From the NCBI GenBank assembly GCA_963704165.1, contig CAVPHD010000004.1, positions 512,001 to 576,000 of the forward strand: a DNA stretch of 64,000 bases, written 5' to 3'. Shown here piece by piece: positions 59,396 through 64,000 of the stretch. How positions within the stretch are numbered: position 1 is the stretch's first letter; each line of letters opens with the position of its first letter. The translations under genes and the position numbers were made by a program. The stretch is from an uncultured delta proteobacterium. Lineage in GTDB: Bacteria > Myxococcota_A > UBA9160 > SZUA-336. A model generated the notes under the pieces. The model worked only from the letters and a program-made list of their open reading frames with translations. It was not told the origin of the DNA and searched no databases.

Positions 59396-61483
59396 TCACG
59401 TCTCCGCGAGCAGTACGGCGCTCTGATAGGCGTCCAGCGACGCGTACTCGCGAAACGGCAGACCGTGAGCGCCGGCCGGGTCGGGCAGGGGGACGGCTCC
59501 GCTTCGCGCGAGCAGTTCGGCGAGCAACGCGCGCAGCGCGTCGAGGGCGTTCTCCGGTCCGGTCACGAGGTGCCGCGCGCGGAACGCGTCGCTGCGCATT
59601 CGCATCACGTCGATTGCGCCGTCGGGCGCATCCGCCCAGTTCATGGCCAGATCGATCACGACCACTGGATTCGGGCCGAGGCCCGAGATCAGTCCGACGG
59701 CGACCGCCTGCACCTGCGTCCATTCGATCAGGCTCGGCGCTCCTCCCTCGAGCCGAACGCGCACGCCCGTGACGTCGAGCGCCACCGGCAGGACGGGAGT
59801 GGCCTTGATTCGAGCCGAGCTCGGAGGAATCCCGAGGGGTGCAGCGAAGATCGCGGTCGCGGACTCGGCTTCGGGCACGAGCTCGTCGGACGGAGCGGGT
59901 ACCGTGACGTCCGGCACGTCGGGTTCGACACCGAGTTGCGTAGGTTCGATCTCGAAGAGCTCGTCCCGTGGGGGCGTGGGCTCGGGGACAGGCGTTGCGG
60001 AGTCGCCCTCGAGCGAGAGAACGAGCTGCTCGAGTCTCTCGCGTCGCTCTTCGACGAGCTCACCGCTCGCGAGCGCGAGCCGCGCAGCGCGAAGCGCGGT
60101 CGGCGGGTCGAGCTCGGCGCCGAGCTCCGCCGCACGGAAGGCCTGTCCGACGGTGAGGCCCGGATTCGCCGCGTCGAGGGCGGCGCGAAGCGCCCCGATC
60201 GCCGCGTCGCGATGCGCTCCCACGACGAGCTCCGGCACGATTCGCAGCAGCGCGGTCGCGCCGACCGGGACGTTCTGCGCGCTGCGCACGAGTTCTTCCC
60301 AGGTGCCCGCGGCGCTCGCGAGATCTCCCCGGCGCGCGTACACCTCGACCAAGCGACCCGCCGCGCGCGCGCCGTCCGCCTGACTTCCGGCCGCGACGTG
60401 CGCCTGCCAGGACGCCTGCAGCGCATCGGCGTCGTCCGGGCGATCGCGCAGGACGGATTCCGCGAGCTCGATCGCCTCCGCGTGCAGGCTCTGCTCGCGG
60501 GCCGTGATGGCGCGCCGGATGCGCGGATCGAGTCCCGTGCGCGCGCGTGTCACGAGCGAACGTGCCTCGACGCGACCTTCGAGCTTCGAACGCTGCACGG
60601 CCCACGCAAACGCTCCGCCCCACGCGAGGCCCGCGACGTTCGCGGTCCACGAGTTCCCCGCGAAGACCTCCGCGTCGAGAAAGAGCAGCGCGAAGAGGAT
60701 CTGCACCAGCCCTGCGATGGGAGCGAGAATCCAGCCGCGAGTCTCGATCGATGCGGCGCTCGCACGAGTCGTTCGCAGCGCGATGCCACGAACGCGCAAG
60801 CGGCTGACTCCGAACCGGCCGAGAAACGCACCGACCAGGCCGGCGGCGATTCCCGACGCGCCAATCAGCGGGGCGCTCGAGCCAGGGACCGCGAGCACGT
60901 GGGTCAGCGCAGAGACGAGCCCGCTCGAAAAGCCCAGCCCGACGAAGAGCGCGACGCCGAACCGCTGCTCGAGCGCGGGACCGACGAGCGCGACGGGCAG
61001 AAGCGCGAGCACGAGGTGGCTCCATCCCGCGTGCAGGAATGCGTGGGTGAACCAGGCGAGCGGGCGCTTCGCGGTCGCGACCAGTCCGAATCGGCGGAAC
61101 GCGTGCGCCGGGCCCGGCTTCTCGTCGGATCCGAGCAGCGCCAGCCGCGTGAGATGGGCGAGCGCGTTCTGCTCCTCGGCGACGACCTCGGCGTCGATCG
61201 GCCGAATCGTGCCGAGCCTCCGCGATTTCGCGAGGAAGGCTTCGAGGTCCATGCGCTCCGCGGCGTCCGCAGCGGCCTCGAGGATCTTCGCATCCGGCTC
61301 GAGGTAGGGATGCTCGAGCCAGTAGTCCGACGCCTGCTCGAGCTCGACCTGCGCTCCCTCGCCGGTCAGGAACTGCCGAAAGCGCGGCACGAGAAAGCAG
61401 GCGAGACAGACCGCGATGAGCGCGAGTGTCACCCAGGGGACGCGCTCGGCTCGGTCGTTCTCGTCGGCGATATGAACGATCAT
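59396..61483 (-). CDS. Rhomboid-family membrane protein with long TPR-like C-terminal extension, possibly inactive
   Basis: PWVT, FLHAGWSH, LEQRFG, GASG; TM6 reads SWTANVAG. Confidence 0.8.
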   Translation of the reverse strand: MIVHIADENDRAERVPWVTLALIAVCLACFLVPRFRQFLTGEGAQVELEQASDYWLEHPYLEPDAKILEAAADAAERMDLEAFLAKSRRLGTIRPIDAEVVAEEQNALAHLTRLALLGSDEKPGPAHAFRRFGLVATAKRPLAWFTHAFLHAGWSHLVLALLPVALVGPALEQRFGVALFVGLGFSSGLVSALTHVLAVPGSSAPLIGASGIAAGLVGAFLGRFGVSRLRVRGIALRTTRASAASIETRGWILAPIAGLVQILFALLFLDAEVFAGNSWTANVAGLAWGGAFAWAVQRSKLEGRVEARSLVTRARTGLDPRIRRAITAREQSLHAEAIELAESVLRDRPDDADALQASWQAHVAAGSQADGARAAGRLVEVYARRGDLASAAGTWEELVRSAQNVPVGATALLRIVPELVVGAHRDAAIGALRAALDAANPGLTVGQAFRAAELGAELDPPTALRAARLALASGELVEERRERLEQLVLSLEGDSATPVPEPTPPRDELFEIEPTQLGVEPDVPDVTVPAPSDELVPEAESATAIFAAPLGIPPSSARIKATPVLPVALDVTGVRVRLEGGAPSLIEWTQVQAVAVGLISGLGPNPVVVIDLAMNWADAPDGAIDVMRMRSDAFRARHLVTGPENALDALRALLAELLARSGAVPLPDPAGAHGLPFREYASLDAYQSAVLLAET

Positions 61484-61494
61484 CGCGATCGCCC

Positions 61495-61522
61495 GTATCG
61501 TCCGGAGATTGCTGCGCCCTTA
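61495..61522 (-). promoter_or_regulatory. Possible sigma28-type promoter of the rhomboid-like gene
   Basis: TAAGG-N15-GACGATAC, 11 nt before ATG 61483. Confidence 0.35.
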
Positions 61523-61536
61523 CACTCCGGGGTGTT

Positions 61537-63333
61537 CTAGAGCCGGACCGCTCCGGCGACGATGTCACCGTGACGCCGCTCGTCGAGCGGGACGTACGTC
61601 TTCGACGCGTCGTCGCGGACGAGGAGCGGATCGTCGAGCTTGGCCGGGTCCCAGCCCTCGCGCTGCAGCTCGACCTTGCGCAGCTTGAACGTCCCGGTCA
61701 CCTCCGCCTCGAGCTGGAGTCGCAGGAAGACCGGAACGGCGTAGGACGGCAGCGACGACACGACGTGTGCGTAGAAGGCGCGCGGGTCGAAGCTCTTGGG
61801 ATCGGCGAGCACGAGCGCGGCCATCCCGGCCCGGCCGTCTCCACCGGGTACTTCGACGCCGTACACGTTCGCGACCTCGACGCCGGGATAGGCGCTCACC
61901 GCTTCGGCGACTTCCTGGGTGGAGACGTTCTCGCCCTTCCACCGGAACGTGTCCCCGATCCGATCGACGAAGTAGAAGTAGCCCTTTGCATCCTTCTTCA
62001 GCAGGTCGCCCGTGCGGAAGAACGAGTCTCCCTCGGCGAACGCGTTGCGCAGGATCTTGCGCTCGGTCGCCTCCTTCGAGGTGTAGCCCTCGAAGCGCCC
62101 GCGGGTCTCGCCCTTGCGCGTGGGCATGGCGCCGACGAGCTCGCCCACCTCGCCGACCGCGCATTCGACGAGTCGTCCGGAGGAGTCGCGGAGATGCTCG
62201 TCGCGTTCGACGTCGTACCGGACGATGCGGGCGTCCATCAGCAGCTTCGAGGGGATGCGGCCGACGGAACCCACCTTGTTGTCGAGGTTCATCATCGCGA
62301 CGTTGCCCTCGGTCGCGCCGTAGAACTCGACGATGTTGGGAATTCGGAAGCGGTCGCGGAAGTCTTCCCAGATGTCGGGCCGCAAGCCGTTGCCGATGCA
62401 GAACGAGAGCTGGTGTTCGCCATCGCGCGGATCGGCGGGCTGGTTCAAGAGGTAACGGCAGAATTCACCGATGTACTGGAACGACGTCGAGCGCGACTCG
62501 CGCACGTCGCTCCAGAACTCGCGCGCGCTGAACCTGCGCCGGAGCGTGAGCGTCGCGCCCGAGAGCAGGACGCTGCCGACCGCCATCGCACCGCCCGCGG
62601 AGTGGTAGAGCGGCAGCGCGCAGTACATGACGTCGCTCGGTGTGAAACCCGCCAGGCGGCCCGCCGTTCCCGTCGTGAAGAACTTCAGGTGGCTGAAGCG
62701 CGCAGCCTTCGGAAGTCCCGTGGTGCCGGAGGTGTAGATGTAGAAGAGATCGTCACCGGCCACCGCTCCGGCGCGCGCAGACGCGGGAGGGTTCGCGGAC
62801 GGCCGGCCCGCGAGCTCGGCCGCGAGATCGCGCGCGCCCGACGGCCACGCCGTCGCTTCGCTGCCCGGATCGTTCGCGACCCAGACCTGCCACTTCGATG
62901 TGTCGTCCACCGTTGCGAGCAGGGGAAGCAGCTCCGAGCCGACGATCACGTGCTTCGGCTCCGCGGTTTCGATCGCGTGCTCGAGGGCGCGACCCGTGAG
63001 ATTGGTGTTGATGAGCGCGCTGGTGGCGCCGACCTTCGCGAGCCCGGCCCAGGTCTCGAGGAACTCCGGACGATTCTGCATCAAGAGGGCGACGCGATCC
63101 CCCCGGCCGATCCCGTGGGCGAGCGCCCAGTGCGCCACGCGATTGGCGCCGCGGTTGTACTCGTCGAAGGACACGGTGCGGCCTTCGAAGACGACGAACG
63201 GGTGGCGGCCGCGGGCGGCGGCTTGCTCCTCGATCACGTCGGCGATCGTGCGCGGGCTCTCCGGACGCGTGCGAGCGAGTGGCAAGCCGTACTTCGCAAA
63301 GCGGTAGAGCTGGGTGACGCGCTCGAATGCCAT
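61537..63333 (-). CDS. Long-chain acyl-CoA synthetase (FATP-like)
   Basis: YIYTSGTTGLPK, EFYGATEGN, RTGDL, DRIGDTFRWKGENVST. Confidence 0.95.
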   Translation of the reverse strand: MAFERVTQLYRFAKYGLPLARTRPESPRTIADVIEEQAAARGRHPFVVFEGRTVSFDEYNRGANRVAHWALAHGIGRGDRVALLMQNRPEFLETWAGLAKVGATSALINTNLTGRALEHAIETAEPKHVIVGSELLPLLATVDDTSKWQVWVANDPGSEATAWPSGARDLAAELAGRPSANPPASARAGAVAGDDLFYIYTSGTTGLPKAARFSHLKFFTTGTAGRLAGFTPSDVMYCALPLYHSAGGAMAVGSVLLSGATLTLRRRFSAREFWSDVRESRSTSFQYIGEFCRYLLNQPADPRDGEHQLSFCIGNGLRPDIWEDFRDRFRIPNIVEFYGATEGNVAMMNLDNKVGSVGRIPSKLLMDARIVRYDVERDEHLRDSSGRLVECAVGEVGELVGAMPTRKGETRGRFEGYTSKEATERKILRNAFAEGDSFFRTGDLLKKDAKGYFYFVDRIGDTFRWKGENVSTQEVAEAVSAYPGVEVANVYGVEVPGGDGRAGMAALVLADPKSFDPRAFYAHVVSSLPSYAVPVFLRLQLEAEVTGTFKLRKVELQREGWDPAKLDDPLLVRDDASKTYVPLDERRHGDIVAGAVRL

Positions 63334-63408
63334 CTGCCCAGGCTACCACGGCAACCCCGGTTGCGGCCGAACGGATTCGGGGGAACCCTCGCGACATGGA
63401 CGTGCGAG

Positions 63409-64000
63409 GTGGGTGATCTCTCGGAGTTCTCGCTGCCGGTACGGCTCTTCCTCAAGGCCTACCGCTGGCGCGTCGTCGACCCGGTTCCCTGGGCTCCGCT
63501 TCGTGTTCCTCTTGCCCGTGCGCGACTGGCGCTCGTCTCGAGCGCGGGTTTCGTGATGCCGGGTCAAGCGCATTTCGACGATTCGGCGCGCGGCGGCGAT
63601 GCGAGCTACCGCGAGATTCCCTTCGACGCCGATCCCTCCGCGCTCGTCGATACACACCGAAGTGAGTCGTTCGATCACGACGCGATGCGCCGGGATCCGA
63701 ATCTCGCGTTTCCGCTCGAGCGCGTGCGCGAGCTCGCCGGCCGCGGGCGGATCGGCTCGGTGAATCACAGGCACTGGAGCTTCATGGGCAGCATCACCGC
63801 GCCCGGACGCTTCGTCGCGGACACGCTTCCGCGAATGGCGGCGGCCGCGGTCGAGGATGGTGTCGACGTCGCGCTCTTCGTCCCCGTCTGACCCATGTGC
63901 AACCAGGCCGTGTGCCTGGCCGCGGCCGAGTTCGAGCGAAACGGGATCTCGACGGTGAGCCTGGTCCTGCTCCGTCACGTCGCGGAACGCGTGCGACCGC
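63409..64000 (+). CDS. Glycine/sarcosine/betaine/proline reductase B (GrdB/PrdB)-like selenoprotein, 3'-truncated by the window
   Basis: ALVSSAG, GDASYR, DPNLAFPLERV, VPV-UGA-PMC, then an open frame EFERNGISTV...ERVRP to the end. Confidence 0.85.
63903..63919 (+). promoter_or_regulatory. Putative bacterial SECIS element
   Basis: CCAGGC-CGUGU-GCCUGG hairpin starting 11 nt after UGA 63889-63891, G at loop position 2. Confidence 0.7.

Noticed and set aside
1..64000. Many long Arg/Ala/Pro-rich ORFs in the six-frame track (e.g. 40659-43310 minus, 54570-57863 minus, 30184-32634 plus)
   Set aside because: Shadow frames of real genes in very GC-rich DNA; no recognisable motifs
1..64000. tRNA, rRNA, IS elements, prophage and intrinsic terminators
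   Set aside because: None recognised; intergenic gaps are short and no hairpin with a U-tract was seen

Overview
A gene-dense, very GC-rich (roughly 70% by eye) bacterial chromosome segment. Gene content (MJ0042-type zinc-ribbon protein, ArsA pair, PhaR, DUF2779, many lipid-catabolism genes) suggests a Myxococcota/deltaproteobacterial lineage; this is inference only. About 60 CDS run from mraZ (start of the dcw cluster, left edge) to a truncated GrdB/PrdB-like gene (right edge). I saw no rRNA, tRNA, CRISPR array, transposase or phage genes. Eight genes between about 34.6 and 43.7 kb carry indels (and apaG probably does at its start), most likely long-read assembly errors. Most notable observations: (1) a three-gene operon encoding a ParA ATPase fused to an AMPK-beta/CBM48 glycogen-binding domain, a Walker-A-less MinD/FlhG-like protein and a serine-less hydrolase fold, a candidate glycogen-granule positioning system; (2) an orphan FliA/WhiG sigma factor plus eight sigma28-like promoters (about TCAAG-N14/15-GCCGA) in front of non-flagellar genes; (3) a selenoprotein (in-frame UGA, UxxC motif, SECIS-like hairpin) that the ORF track misses; (4) an ArsA heterodimer/PhaR/acyltransferase lipid-storage neighbourhood; (5) several apparent pseudoenzymes and recurrent leaderless promoters. 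All family assignments come from motif recognition by eye, not from database searches.
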